Assembly (NCBI GenBank): GCA_003056165.1
Contig: LSNR01000009.1
Coordinates: 1 to 53,001, forward strand
Direction of reading: 5' to 3'
Origin: Parcubacteria group bacterium M6-OD1-3
Lineage (GTDB): Bacteria; Patescibacteriota; Minisyncoccia; Moranbacterales; UBA9337
DNA: 53,001 nt
Part shown: positions 36,037-45,743 of the stretch, in pieces
How positions within the stretch are numbered: the stretch's first letter is position 1
Layout: each line of letters opens with the position of its first letter
Translations under genes and position numbers: made by a program
The notes under the pieces: generated by a model
The model's database searches: none
What the model saw: only the letters and a program-made list of their open reading frames with translations
Told to the model about the DNA's origin: nothing

Positions 36037-37062
36037 ATGAATGAAATAATTTGTATTGGGTCATCGTCAAAAGATATTTTTTTCCCAGTTGAAGGTGGGG
36101 TGCTTTTTGATACACCAGAAGATTTGACTTCACAGAAAAAAATGGCCTTTGAATTGGGAGCTAAATTTCAAGCTAAGGAAATTTTTGAAACACCGGGAGG
36201 ATGTTCTGCTAATGTTGCACAAGGCTTAGCTAGGTTAGGCGTGAAAGTTGCTTGCTATACAAAAATTGGAAAAGATACTACCGGAAAATGGATTAAGAAT
36301 GAACTCAAAAAAGAAGGCGTGGATATTAAATTGGTTCAGATTGATAAAAAATGTAAAAGTGATTTGTCGGCAATAATCGTAGATAAAAAGAGTAAAGAAC
36401 ATCTAGTATTCTTTAATAGAGATGCTAATCAAAAACTGGATTTGAATGTTAAAAAATTAGTCAGAACAAAAAGAATTTTTATTAGCGCACTTAATGGTGA
36501 TTGGGAAAAACATTTTGATGATATTTTGGCAGTTTCGCAAAAAAATAATATTAAGATAATTTTTAATCCCGGACAGAGAAATATTCAAGATAATCCGCGG
36601 AAAATTATTGAGATGATAGAAAATTCTGAAATTTTAGTTTTAAATAAAGATGAGGCGATAGAAATTTTAAAGAATACTATTCCAGAAATGGATAGTGAGA
36701 TTAAAAAATTAAATGATGAAAAATATTTAATTAAAAAATTGAAAAAATATGGTCCAAAAATAGTAGTATTGACCGATGGTAAAAACGGTGGGTGGGTTTT
36801 TAAAAAAGAAAGTATTTTATTTATTAAGCCAGAGATTTCTAATGATGAAATTGTGGACACATTAGGTGCTGGTGATGCATTTTCCAGCGGTTTCTTGGCG
36901 GGAATTATCAGTAATGAAAGTATTGAAAATTCTTTGCGTTGGGGTGTGGCAAATAGCTTGAGTGTTATAAAACATTATGGAGCCAAAGAAGGTTTACTGA
37001 AGAAAAATAAAATTGAAAATAAAATTGAAAATATAAAAATAACAGAACTTAACATTTTTTAA
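36037..37062 (+). CDS. PfkB family carbohydrate kinase
   Basis: GGCSANVA, NKDEA, TDGKNG, DTLGAGDAF. Confidence 0.93.
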   Translation: MNEIICIGSSSKDIFFPVEGGVLFDTPEDLTSQKKMAFELGAKFQAKEIFETPGGCSANVAQGLARLGVKVACYTKIGKDTTGKWIKNELKKEGVDIKLVQIDKKCKSDLSAIIVDKKSKEHLVFFNRDANQKLDLNVKKLVRTKRIFISALNGDWEKHFDDILAVSQKNNIKIIFNPGQRNIQDNPRKIIEMIENSEILVLNKDEAIEILKNTIPEMDSEIKKLNDEKYLIKKLKKYGPKIVVLTDGKNGGWVFKKESILFIKPEISNDEIVDTLGAGDAFSSGFLAGIISNESIENSLRWGVANSLSVIKHYGAKEGLLKKNKIENKIENIKITELNIF

Positions 37063-37087
37063 GTTTCAAGGCTTAAACAAAGAAATT

Positions 37088-38356
37088 ATGACTTTTATTT
37101 CTAAAATTTTTTCTGGCAGAAGAAGATTAAAATTAATCTTGGCTTTAGATATTGGAACAGAAGTTATTAAAGCCTTAGTGGTTAAAATTGATAATGAAAA
37201 TAAAAAAGGAGTAGTAATCGGCTCAGGGAAAGTTAAACAACAATTTGGCAATATGCAGAGTGGAGCAGTCTCTGATATTTCTGGAGTGGTTAAAGTCGCT
37301 AGAGAAGCGATTGATATCGCTAAGAAGAAATCTGGTGTCAAAAAAATAAAATATGCGATCGTGGGAATTGCTGGTGAATTAGTTAAAGGAACGACCACAA
37401 CTGTTCATTATGAAAGAGTTGATTCTGAGGTAAAAATCGGAATGTCGGAACTTAAAGATATTATTCAAAAAGTTCAACAAAAAGCCTATGAAAGAATTCA
37501 AAAACAGATTGCGTGGGAAACCAATCAAACAAATATTGATATCAAGCTTATTAACGCCGCCATTTCAGATGTTCGTATCGACGGATATCGAATAACTAAT
37601 CCGTTAGGATTTCAGGGACATAATGTCTCTATTAGTGTTTTTAATGCTTATGCTCCGACAATTCATTTAGGAGCAATTGAAACTATCGTCAATGAACTAG
37701 GAATTGGTTTAGTCAATATCGCTGCGGAGCCTTACGCGGTGGCACGCTTAGTAGATTTTGAAGGAGATTTAAATTTTAATGCTATCTTTATAGATGTTGG
37801 TGGCGGAACTACGGATATTGCTGTTGTTCGCAACGGTGGATTAGAAGGAACTAAGATGTTTGCTTTAGGTGGCAGAGCTTTTACCAAAAGATTATCACAG
37901 GAGTTAGGAGTTGATTTGGACAAAGCAGAACAAATCAAAATAGGTTATTCTTTAGGAAAATTAAATAAAGTGGATAGTCAAAAAGTGGAAAAACTCTTTG
38001 AAGAAGATTGTCGCATTTGGTTAGGTGGAATATCGTTGGCATTATCGGAATTTTCTCAAAATGATTTATTGCCAACTAAGATTTTGATGTGTGGTGGTGG
38101 TTCTGGTTTACCAGGAATTAAAAAAGCATTGTTAACGCAAGAGTGGGTAGATGAATTATCTTTTGTTCAACAACCGAAAGTAGTTTTCTTACAACCGAAA
38201 GATGCGATACACATTGTTGACAAAACTGGCGAGTTAACCAGTACGCAGGATGTTACGCCAATAGGCTTAGCAAGTTTAATATTGGAACTTGTCAATGAAG
38301 AAAAAGTTCTCGCAACAATTCTAAAAAGAGCAATGAGCAAGGTTGAGTATAAATAA
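37088..38356 (+). CDS. FtsA-like actin-fold ATPase
   Basis: LALDIGTEVIK, AEPYA, IDVGGGTTD, GGRAFT, AEQIK, CGGGS. Confidence 0.85.
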   Translation: MTFISKIFSGRRRLKLILALDIGTEVIKALVVKIDNENKKGVVIGSGKVKQQFGNMQSGAVSDISGVVKVAREAIDIAKKKSGVKKIKYAIVGIAGELVKGTTTTVHYERVDSEVKIGMSELKDIIQKVQQKAYERIQKQIAWETNQTNIDIKLINAAISDVRIDGYRITNPLGFQGHNVSISVFNAYAPTIHLGAIETIVNELGIGLVNIAAEPYAVARLVDFEGDLNFNAIFIDVGGGTTDIAVVRNGGLEGTKMFALGGRAFTKRLSQELGVDLDKAEQIKIGYSLGKLNKVDSQKVEKLFEEDCRIWLGGISLALSEFSQNDLLPTKILMCGGGSGLPGIKKALLTQEWVDELSFVQQPKVVFLQPKDAIHIVDKTGELTSTQDVTPIGLASLILELVNEEKVLATILKRAMSKVEYK

Positions 38357-38459
38357 ATTTGATATTGATAGTTAATATGATAAAATTTAGGTTGTAACGA
38401 GAACATTAGTTTTTGGAAATTAGAAAAAATAAGAGTTTAAAAATTTAAAAAATAAAAAT

Positions 38460-39464
38460 ATGATAAAAGTAGCGATTAACGGATTTGGTCGAATTGGTCG
38501 ACCTTCGTTCAAAATAATTTTAGAACAAGAAGATATGGAGGTCGTGGCAATAAACGATTTGTCCGCAACTGATAATTTAGCGTATTTATTAAAATATGAT
38601 ACGGCTTATGGCGTTTACGAAAAAGATGTTCAATCTGCAGAAAATAAATTGATTATTGATGGAAAAGAATTTCCAGTATTTTCTGAAAAAGATCCAAATA
38701 ATCTTCCTTGGGAAGAATTAGAGGTTGATGTTGTTTTGGAATGTACGGGATTTTTTACGACCAAAGAAGGTGCGGAAGGGCATTTAAAAGCTGGAGCTAA
38801 GAAAGTTATAATTTCCGCTCCAACTAAGGATGAGAATATTAAAACATTTGTAATGGGAGTTAATTCTGATGAAATAAGTCTTGAGGATAATATTATCTCC
38901 AATGCATCTTGTACAACAAATTGTCTGGCTCCAATGGCGAAAGTTTTAGAAGACAACTTTGGGATAGAAAATGCTTTGATGTCGACAATTCATAGCTATA
39001 CCTCAACACAATCTTTAGTAGATGGTGTTGGAAAAAAGGACAAAAGACGAGGGCGAGCGGCAGCACAAAATGTTATTCCAACTTCTACGGGAGCAGCAAT
39101 TGCAACAACTTTAGCTTTACCAAACTTAAAGGGAAAATTTGATGGAATGGCTTATCGAGTACCGACAGTTGTTGGTTCGGTTAGTGATTTAACTGCAGTT
39201 TTGAAAAAAGATGTCAGTGTAGAAGAAATAAATGATGTTTTTGAAAAAAATGCAAAAGAAGAAATGTCAAAAATTATGGAAGTGACAGATGTTCCTTTGG
39301 TATCTCACGATATTGTTGGCAATCCACATTCTGTCGTTTTCCAAAAAGATTTAACTAAAGTTGTTGGAGGAAATCTAGTAAAGATTGTCGGCTGGTATGA
39401 CAATGAGTGGGGATATAGTAATAGACTTGTAGATATGGCAAAAATATTAGTGGAGACAAAATAA
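38460..39464 (+). CDS. gap: Type I glyceraldehyde-3-phosphate dehydrogenase
   Basis: INGFGRIGR, SNASCTTNCL, WYDNEWGYS. Confidence 0.98.
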   Translation: MIKVAINGFGRIGRPSFKIILEQEDMEVVAINDLSATDNLAYLLKYDTAYGVYEKDVQSAENKLIIDGKEFPVFSEKDPNNLPWEELEVDVVLECTGFFTTKEGAEGHLKAGAKKVIISAPTKDENIKTFVMGVNSDEISLEDNIISNASCTTNCLAPMAKVLEDNFGIENALMSTIHSYTSTQSLVDGVGKKDKRRGRAAAQNVIPTSTGAAIATTLALPNLKGKFDGMAYRVPTVVGSVSDLTAVLKKDVSVEEINDVFEKNAKEEMSKIMEVTDVPLVSHDIVGNPHSVVFQKDLTKVVGGNLVKIVGWYDNEWGYSNRLVDMAKILVETK

Positions 39465-39491
39465 TATAAAGAAAATTAATGGTCAAAAAAT

Positions 39492-41066
39492 ATGTTTGAT
39501 ATTATTATCAAAAATGGAGTAATCATTGATGGAAGTGGTAAATCTATGTACAGAGGTGATGTCGGAATAAAGGATGATGAAATTTCAGAAATAGGAGAAT
39601 TAAATAATGACAAGGCGGAAATTGAAATTGATGCTGAGGGAAAATATGTTGCTCCCGGATTCATTGATGTTAATAATCACTCTGATACCAAATGGAGAAT
39701 TTTTGCCGACCCGAATTTGAGAAGTCTAATCCATCAGGGTATTACAACTATTATTGGTGGTAATTGTGGCTCGTCTTTAGCACCTCTGGATAATTTTGAA
39801 ATGATTAAAGCAATTCGTAAATGGTTGGATGTGACAAAAATAAATATCAACTGGGTAACAATGAAAGAATTTCTTAAAGAAGTTGAAAGAACCAGACTAG
39901 CGGTTAATTTCGGAACATTAGTTGGGCATAGTACGATGAGACGAGGAATTGTTGGAGATTCAATTGATAATATGGAAGACATAGAATTGCAAGAAATGAA
40001 AAGACTTATTCAAAAATCTTTAAAGGAGGGTGCTTTGGGTTTGTCGGTTGGTTTGGCTTATTCGCATGCCAAACTGGCGTCGCAAAAAGAATTGCAAGAG
40101 TTAGCAAAATTAATTGCTTCCAGAAAAAAAATATATACGGCACACATCAGAGATGAATCTGATTCAATTCTAGAATCACTTGATGAAATGATTGAAATAG
40201 CCAAAGAAACAAATGTTAAGCTTCAAATATCTCATTTAAAAATTATGGGAGAGAAAAACTGGTCTCTTATGGATGAGGCTTTGGCAAGAATTGATAAGGC
40301 AAAAAAGGAAGGTGTTGATATTGGGTTTGATGTTTATCCATATACAGCGACAGGGTCGGTGTTATATACATTTCTACCAAATTGGGTTTCACGAGGAGGA
40401 AGAAGAATTATGATAAGTAGATTGAAAGATGCTGACATTAGAAAAAAAATAATTAAAGAAATGAAAGCTGATAGTATTGATTATCAAAAAATTCTTGTTG
40501 CCGATTATCCACTCATTAACAGTACTGGTGTGCATAGGTCGGTTAGTGATATTGCTAAATCTCAAAATAAAGAAATTGAAGAAATTATTATTGATTTGCT
40601 AATAGCTAGCGATGGTCAAATTATTACAATTACAAAAATATTAAGTGAAGAAAATTTGAACAAAGCCATTAAGCATCCGTTAGCTATAATTTCGTCAAAT
40701 GGTTCTGGTTATGGAATTTCTCACAAAGGTAACGGTGAGTTGGTTCATCCGCGAGACTTCGGTTCTTTCCCTAAAATATTAAAACACTATGTTAAAAAAA
40801 TGAGAATACTGGAGTGGGAAGAGGCGATAAATAAAATGACTGGTAAGCCAGCGGAAAGATTTGGAATTAAAAAACGAGGAGTAATTAAAAAAGGAAATTT
40901 TGCCGATATTATAGTGATAGACCCAGAAACAATAGAAGATAAAGCAACAATTAATAAGCCATACCAATATGCAACTGGCATTGATTATGTTGTAGTAAAT
41001 GGGAAAGTTGCTGTTGAAAATGGTGAATATTTGGAAACAAGAAGTGGCGAAATTATTTCTTTTTAA
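39492..41066 (+). CDS. N-acyl-D-amino-acid deacylase (amidohydrolase)
   Basis: APGFID..HSD, QGITT..GGNCG, HIRDE, HPRDFGSFP, KMTG.PA. Confidence 0.85.
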   Translation: MFDIIIKNGVIIDGSGKSMYRGDVGIKDDEISEIGELNNDKAEIEIDAEGKYVAPGFIDVNNHSDTKWRIFADPNLRSLIHQGITTIIGGNCGSSLAPLDNFEMIKAIRKWLDVTKININWVTMKEFLKEVERTRLAVNFGTLVGHSTMRRGIVGDSIDNMEDIELQEMKRLIQKSLKEGALGLSVGLAYSHAKLASQKELQELAKLIASRKKIYTAHIRDESDSILESLDEMIEIAKETNVKLQISHLKIMGEKNWSLMDEALARIDKAKKEGVDIGFDVYPYTATGSVLYTFLPNWVSRGGRRIMISRLKDADIRKKIIKEMKADSIDYQKILVADYPLINSTGVHRSVSDIAKSQNKEIEEIIIDLLIASDGQIITITKILSEENLNKAIKHPLAIISSNGSGYGISHKGNGELVHPRDFGSFPKILKHYVKKMRILEWEEAINKMTGKPAERFGIKKRGVIKKGNFADIIVIDPETIEDKATINKPYQYATGIDYVVVNGKVAVENGEYLETRSGEIISF

Positions 41067-41133
41067 TAAAATTTTATAATTTTAAGGAGGATGTGAATTT
41101 CTAAACTATTTTTTTGTAGACATCAAACAAACT

Positions 41134-41227
41134 TGTCATCTCGGAAGGCACATTTGTTCTGGATTCCGGGTAATCGAAACTCTAAAACTCGCAAGCTCGT
41201 TAAGAGTTTCTGATTTCTGGAATGATA
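41134..41227. repeat. Nested REP-like palindrome (GTCAT...GGATTCCGG...CTGGAATGA) with GCAAGC-capped inner stem
   Basis: ATTCCGG/CTGGAAT, AATC/GATT and GAAACTCT/AGAGTTTC pairings. Confidence 0.65.
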
Positions 41228-41287
41228 GGTAAAATAGACAAAAATTATAAGTAATATCAGGATTTTTTATAATTAATCACGAAAAAT

Positions 41288-42688
41288 ATGACTTTGAATT
41301 ATTTTAAGAACAAAAAAATAACAGTATTTGGTTTGGGTTTACTGGGCGGTGGTTTGGGCGTGGTTAAATTTTTGGCGAAGCACGGAGCAAAAAAAATTAT
41401 TATTACTGATATAAAAACTGAAAAACAGTTAAAAAAAACTGTAGAAAAATTGAAAGGTTTTAATAATATTGAATTAGTATTAGGTTATCATCGAATTGAA
41501 GATTTTACTAAAGTGGATATGGTTATAAAAAACCCTGGAATTTCTTGGGATAATAAATATATTAAACAAGCTTTGAATAAAAAAATTCCTGTTGAAATGG
41601 ATTCAAGTTTGTTTTTTAAACTTTGCAAAAATAAAATTATTGGCGTAACGGGAACAAAAGGGAAAACTACAATATCTTCAATGACTTTTGATATTTTAAA
41701 ATATGCCAAAAAAAATCCTGTAATGGTTGGAGTAGGGCAAGCATCGGTTTTAGATAAATTGGAAGTACTAAAAAAGAATTCTTTGGTTGTTTTTGAATTG
41801 TCTAGCTGGCGATTATCGGCATTAGGTCGAGCCAAGTTAAGTCCATCCGTTGCTGTTTTTAAAAATATTTTGCCGGACCATTTAAATTATTATAAAGGAA
41901 TGAAAGAGTATTTTAACGACAAAAAGAATATTTTTCAATATCAAAAGCCATCAGATTGGTTGATTGTTAATAGTGATGATGAAAAATTAAAAGAAATGTT
42001 GTTGACTGTTAAATCGCAGATTGTAGAATTTTCTCTTAAAGAACAACGACATGGAAGGTCTGTTTTCTGTAAAGATGGAGCTATTTATATAAATGATGGT
42101 ATTGATGTTAGAAAATTGGTAACTACAGATGAGCTTAAATTGTATTCCAATCATAGCATTGCTAATGTTTTGGCATCAATTGGCGTCGCTTTTGTTTGCG
42201 GTTTGAAGCTGGATGAAATAAAGAAAGCTGTAACAAAAATTAATTTGATAGCACATCGAATGGAATTTGTAGATAAGATAAATGACATTAAATACTATAA
42301 TGATAGCGCAGCGACTATTCCACAAGCGTCTATTGCAGCGATTGAATCTTTCAATAAGCCTGTAATTTTAATTGCCGGTGGGTCAGATAAGAATCTTGAT
42401 TTTTCTGAATTAGGAAGAGTCATTGCTAAGAAAGTAAAAGGGGTTGTTTTTTTGAAAGGAGAGGCCACTGAAAAATTGATTAAAGAAATTAAGAAAAATA
42501 TGCCCGAAAGAGAACATACAAAGTTTGAAATAAAAGACTCTATGCGAAAGGCAGTAGAAGAAGCAACTCGTTGTGCAGAAGCTGGTGATATTATTCTTCT
42601 TTCTCCAGGCTCGGCAAGTTTTGGTGTCTTTGCTAATGAATTTGACCGAGGCGATAGATTTAAAAATGCAGTTAAAAACTTTAAATAA
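41288..42688 (+). CDS. murD: UDP-N-acetylmuramoyl-L-alanine--D-glutamate ligase
   Basis: GVTGTKGKTT, ELSSW, PDHLNY, HRME, YNDSAAT, LLSPGSASF..F..RG. Confidence 0.95.
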   Translation: MTLNYFKNKKITVFGLGLLGGGLGVVKFLAKHGAKKIIITDIKTEKQLKKTVEKLKGFNNIELVLGYHRIEDFTKVDMVIKNPGISWDNKYIKQALNKKIPVEMDSSLFFKLCKNKIIGVTGTKGKTTISSMTFDILKYAKKNPVMVGVGQASVLDKLEVLKKNSLVVFELSSWRLSALGRAKLSPSVAVFKNILPDHLNYYKGMKEYFNDKKNIFQYQKPSDWLIVNSDDEKLKEMLLTVKSQIVEFSLKEQRHGRSVFCKDGAIYINDGIDVRKLVTTDELKLYSNHSIANVLASIGVAFVCGLKLDEIKKAVTKINLIAHRMEFVDKINDIKYYNDSAATIPQASIAAIESFNKPVILIAGGSDKNLDFSELGRVIAKKVKGVVFLKGEATEKLIKEIKKNMPEREHTKFEIKDSMRKAVEEATRCAEAGDIILLSPGSASFGVFANEFDRGDRFKNAVKNFK

Positions 42689-42738
42689 ATTTTTTGTTGA
42701 CATAATCAAACAAAATAAATATCTTTGAAAAAAATAAA

Positions 42739-42777
42739 AAAGGGGATAGCGAATTGAATATTCGTTATCCCTCTTTT
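42739..42777. terminator. Bidirectional terminator between murD and the lipoprotein gene
   Basis: GGGATAGCGAAT...ATTCGTTATCCC flanked by A/T runs. Confidence 0.7.
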
Positions 42778-42816
42778 GGTTGAGACCCGCTTTATCTTAT
42801 TGTTGGCGGGATTTTT

Positions 42817-43371
42817 TTATTGAAGTTGCCAACTACCGTTAGCATCTCTGCAGGCGGTAGTGTATGTCTTCTCTCGCCGACCATCGATGATGGCGACGAT
42901 TTCTGCTTTTCGACATACTTTTTCGGGTTGCCGATATCGCTGTTGCTGATATTGGCGACGCTGATATTGTTGCCGTCGATATTGGCGACGATGAGGTTGA
43001 GTTCTCTGGGGCGGTTGATGATAAGATCGCTCCGGAGTTACCCAATACTCATTATGAGTATCAGGGTTGACCCAAGCTTGGGTCAATCCTGATGCTCCTG
43101 TTTCATAGACATTGTTTAATTGTCGTCGGTCGAATTTGTCCATTTCGTTGCCGACGATATAGCCGAGCATAGTGCCGACGGCTATTCCAATGAGAGTGGC
43201 TTCGGTGTTATGACCGATCATCTGTCCGATGAGAGCCCCTCCCACAGCTCCGCCTGCAGTGGTCATTGTTGTTGACAGCCGTTGCATATCTGCACAGGCT
43301 GAAATGAAAAAGATACAGATTGCTATTGCCATAACACAAAAAAGTTTGCTTTTCATTTCCTTTACCTCCAT
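42817..43371 (-). CDS. Glycine-zipper surface lipoprotein (17-kDa antigen, RT0821/Lpp0805-like)
   Basis: Lipobox ISAC, GGAVGGALIG...G.IVGNEMD..DR, WVNPD, CR...TACRDANGSW. Confidence 0.85.
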   Translation of the reverse strand: MEVKEMKSKLFCVMAIAICIFFISACADMQRLSTTMTTAGGAVGGALIGQMIGHNTEATLIGIAVGTMLGYIVGNEMDKFDRRQLNNVYETGASGLTQAWVNPDTHNEYWVTPERSYHQPPQRTQPHRRQYRRQQYQRRQYQQQRYRQPEKVCRKAEIVAIIDGRREKTYTTACRDANGSWQLQ

Positions 43372-43508
43372 TTTTTTGGCAAGCGAATTAGTTCGCCTGT
43401 CTTTTTTAAATATACTTTGAATCTAACTAATAAATAACTAAAAAGTTATCATATGAGTATAATAGATAAAGCTTAAAAAGTCAATAATTTTAGTAGCAAT
43501 AAATTTTG

Positions 43509-43543
43509 GTAACGTACCATGGTACGTTACTTGGTACGTTACT
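43509..43543. repeat. Perfect 22-bp palindrome with tandem duplication of right arm
   Basis: GTAACGTACCATGGTACGTTAC-T-TGGTACGTTACT. Confidence 0.85.
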
Positions 43544-44050
43544 AAAAATTGAAAAAGCTTACGGAAAGTTGTGAAAATAAGAAGCGGATAAAAAATGGTT
43601 GTTAAAAAAAATAGGAAAGGATTGATAAATATGTATATAGCGCATATGTTGAAGTTAAGGTCAGCTAAGGGTGCTATTTTTTAGCACCTATTTTTTAAAA
43701 AATAGAATAATACTGAAAATTATCAATCGTTAGTAAAAAATGTGATAAAGTAAAAAACGGAAACAATTAATAAAAAAACAAAGACCACTGGCACAACACT
43801 TTCTATACAAGTAACTTCATTTTATGATATAATTTAAAATAAAACGAAAGAGGAAAAGTTAATTAACTTTAAAATTAAAACAATGAGAAACTCAAAGAAA
43901 AAGCATAAAATATGGCATACAACTGGACGGAAAGCTGTCTTATATAGAAGATTTGTCCATCTATAGGTGAGTTAAATATCTTTGATAAAAAAACCAATTT
44001 AGACAAAGGTAAAAAAATAAAAACACAAACCATAAAACATTAAATTTTTA

Positions 44051-44090
44051 AGGTAATCATTTTCCCACGGCCGTGGGAAAATGATTACCT
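44051..44090. repeat. Perfect loopless 40-bp palindrome
   Basis: AGGTAATCATTTTCCCACGG|CCGTGGGAAAATGATTACCT. Confidence 0.92.
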
Positions 44091-44102
44091 ATGAATTGTT
44101 GG

Positions 44103-44549
44103 ATGATGAAAAAAATAATAACAAAAAATGCGGAAGAGACTAAGAAATTGGGAATGGGAATTGCCGATAAATTTCAGGGTGGAGAAATTATTTGTTTGGA
44201 AGGTGATTTGGGTGCGGGAAAAACAACTTTTTCTCAAGGACTTTTGCAAGGATTGGGAGCAGAGGGTCCTTATACCAGCCCGACTTTTGTAGTGATGAAG
44301 GAATATAAAACCAAAAGTAGAAATATTTATCATATTGATGCTTACAGAATTAATAAAGAAGATGTTTTGGAACTAGGTTGGGAAGAATTGGTTGCGGATA
44401 AAAGTAATGTTATAATATTGGAGTGGCCGGAAAAAATAAAAAAAATAATTCCCGAAAATTCCCTATGGATAAAATTCCGGCATTTAGATAAAAACAAGAG
44501 AGAAATAATTTATAGACCTTTTGTAAATAAGATTTCAAAGAAAATTTAA
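44103..44549 (+). CDS. tsaE: tRNA t6A biosynthesis ATPase TsaE
   Basis: LEGDLGAGKTTF, TSPTF, YHIDAYRI, LEWPE. Confidence 0.95.
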   Translation: MMKKIITKNAEETKKLGMGIADKFQGGEIICLEGDLGAGKTTFSQGLLQGLGAEGPYTSPTFVVMKEYKTKSRNIYHIDAYRINKEDVLELGWEELVADKSNVIILEWPEKIKKIIPENSLWIKFRHLDKNKREIIYRPFVNKISKKI

Positions 44550-44673
44550 GATATTTTTTTTAAAACGCAGTTAAGAAAACTTTTGCAATACTTTAGTATC
44601 GGGAAAGTTTATGAAACAAGTTTTGGGAAAAATAGATAAATTTTGGTGAAAAAATTAGTTTGAAAAAGGTCTA
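44513..44673. mobile_element. MITE-like foldback element B (TAGAC...GTCTA) overlapping the tsaE 3' end
   Basis: TAGACCTTTT/AAAAGGTCTA ends; nested pairs AAAATTTA/TAAATTTT, AAAAC/GTTTT, AAACTTT/AAAGTTT, ATAC-ttta-GTAT. Confidence 0.65.
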
Positions 44674-44693
44674 ATAATAAATAATATAAAATT

Positions 44694-45407
44694 ATGAATA
44701 AAAAAAATTTAGTATTTTTGGACACGGAGACAACGGGAAATGATTTAGAAAAAGACCGCTTATGTCAAGTGTGTTATAAGATTGGCGATAAAATTGTAAC
44801 GAAAAATTTCAAGCCAGAAATTCCAATATCAATCAAAGCGATGAGTATAACACATATTACCAATAAAATGGTAGAGAATGAAGAGAAATTTGCGAATAGT
44901 CAAACCAAAAAAGATTTGGAAAAAACATTGGCGAATAATATCTTGGTGGCACACAATGCTAAATTTGATATCGCAATGCTTAGTTCGGATGGGGTGGCGG
45001 TGGAGCGAAATATTTGTACTTTGCGATTGGCGCGCTATTTGGATGAGCAACAAGAAATTCCGGAATATAATTTGCAATTTTTGCGATATTATTACGGAAT
45101 AGAAATTGATGTCAATCCGCACAGCGCAGAAGGTGATGTTTTAGTATTAGAGGCTATTTTTAAACATCTTTATGTTCAAGCAAAAGAGAAATTTGAGACT
45201 GAAGATGAAAATGAAATTATTGAAAAAATGATTAAAATTTCCGCGAACCCGTCATTGATTAGGCGATTTACTTTTGGCAAACATCAAGGTCGATTATTGA
45301 CGGATGTCGTGGCGGAAGACCGAGGTTATCTCGAATGGCTTTTGGCTCAAAAAGAAAAGGATGAAGACGAGGATTGGATTTACAGTTTGAGATATTATTT
45401 GGGATAA
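44694..45407 (+). CDS. DEDDh 3'-5' exonuclease (ExoX-like) with C-terminal FGKH domain
   Basis: LDTETTG, VAHNAKFD, HSAEGDV, FTFGKHQG..GYLEWL. Confidence 0.9.
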   Translation: MNKKNLVFLDTETTGNDLEKDRLCQVCYKIGDKIVTKNFKPEIPISIKAMSITHITNKMVENEEKFANSQTKKDLEKTLANNILVAHNAKFDIAMLSSDGVAVERNICTLRLARYLDEQQEIPEYNLQFLRYYYGIEIDVNPHSAEGDVLVLEAIFKHLYVQAKEKFETEDENEIIEKMIKISANPSLIRRFTFGKHQGRLLTDVVAEDRGYLEWLLAQKEKDEDEDWIYSLRYYLG

Positions 45408-45743
45408 GGTATATTCATAAAACCATTTAAAAAAGTTTCAAAGAATGATATTTTGATAATTGAATATAAAGGGGGTATCTTTAGATGAAATGATATAGGT
45501 TGAAATTCCTGTTCCGGAAGGTTCTGTGATTTTAATAACAGCTTTTGAGAAGTTTTTATGGGAAAATAATTTATCGAAAGAAATAAATTTAGAATTAAAA
45601 AAGTAAATCTTAATAAACTTCAAATTGTTAAAAAGCAATCAAAATATTATCTAGAAGATTTGTGGAAAAATTTAGTTTGGAAAATTCGGTGTATAGACGG
45701 TATTAATGTTTTGAGTTATGTGGGTTTAACAGAGTTTAACGTT

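Noticed and set aside
43883-43966. 27-aa ORF MRNSKKKHKIW...
   Set aside because: Too short with no motif; cannot be supported without homology search
45440-45606. Possible gene remnant between the exonuclease and rarA
   Set aside because: Broken frames with no recognizable family
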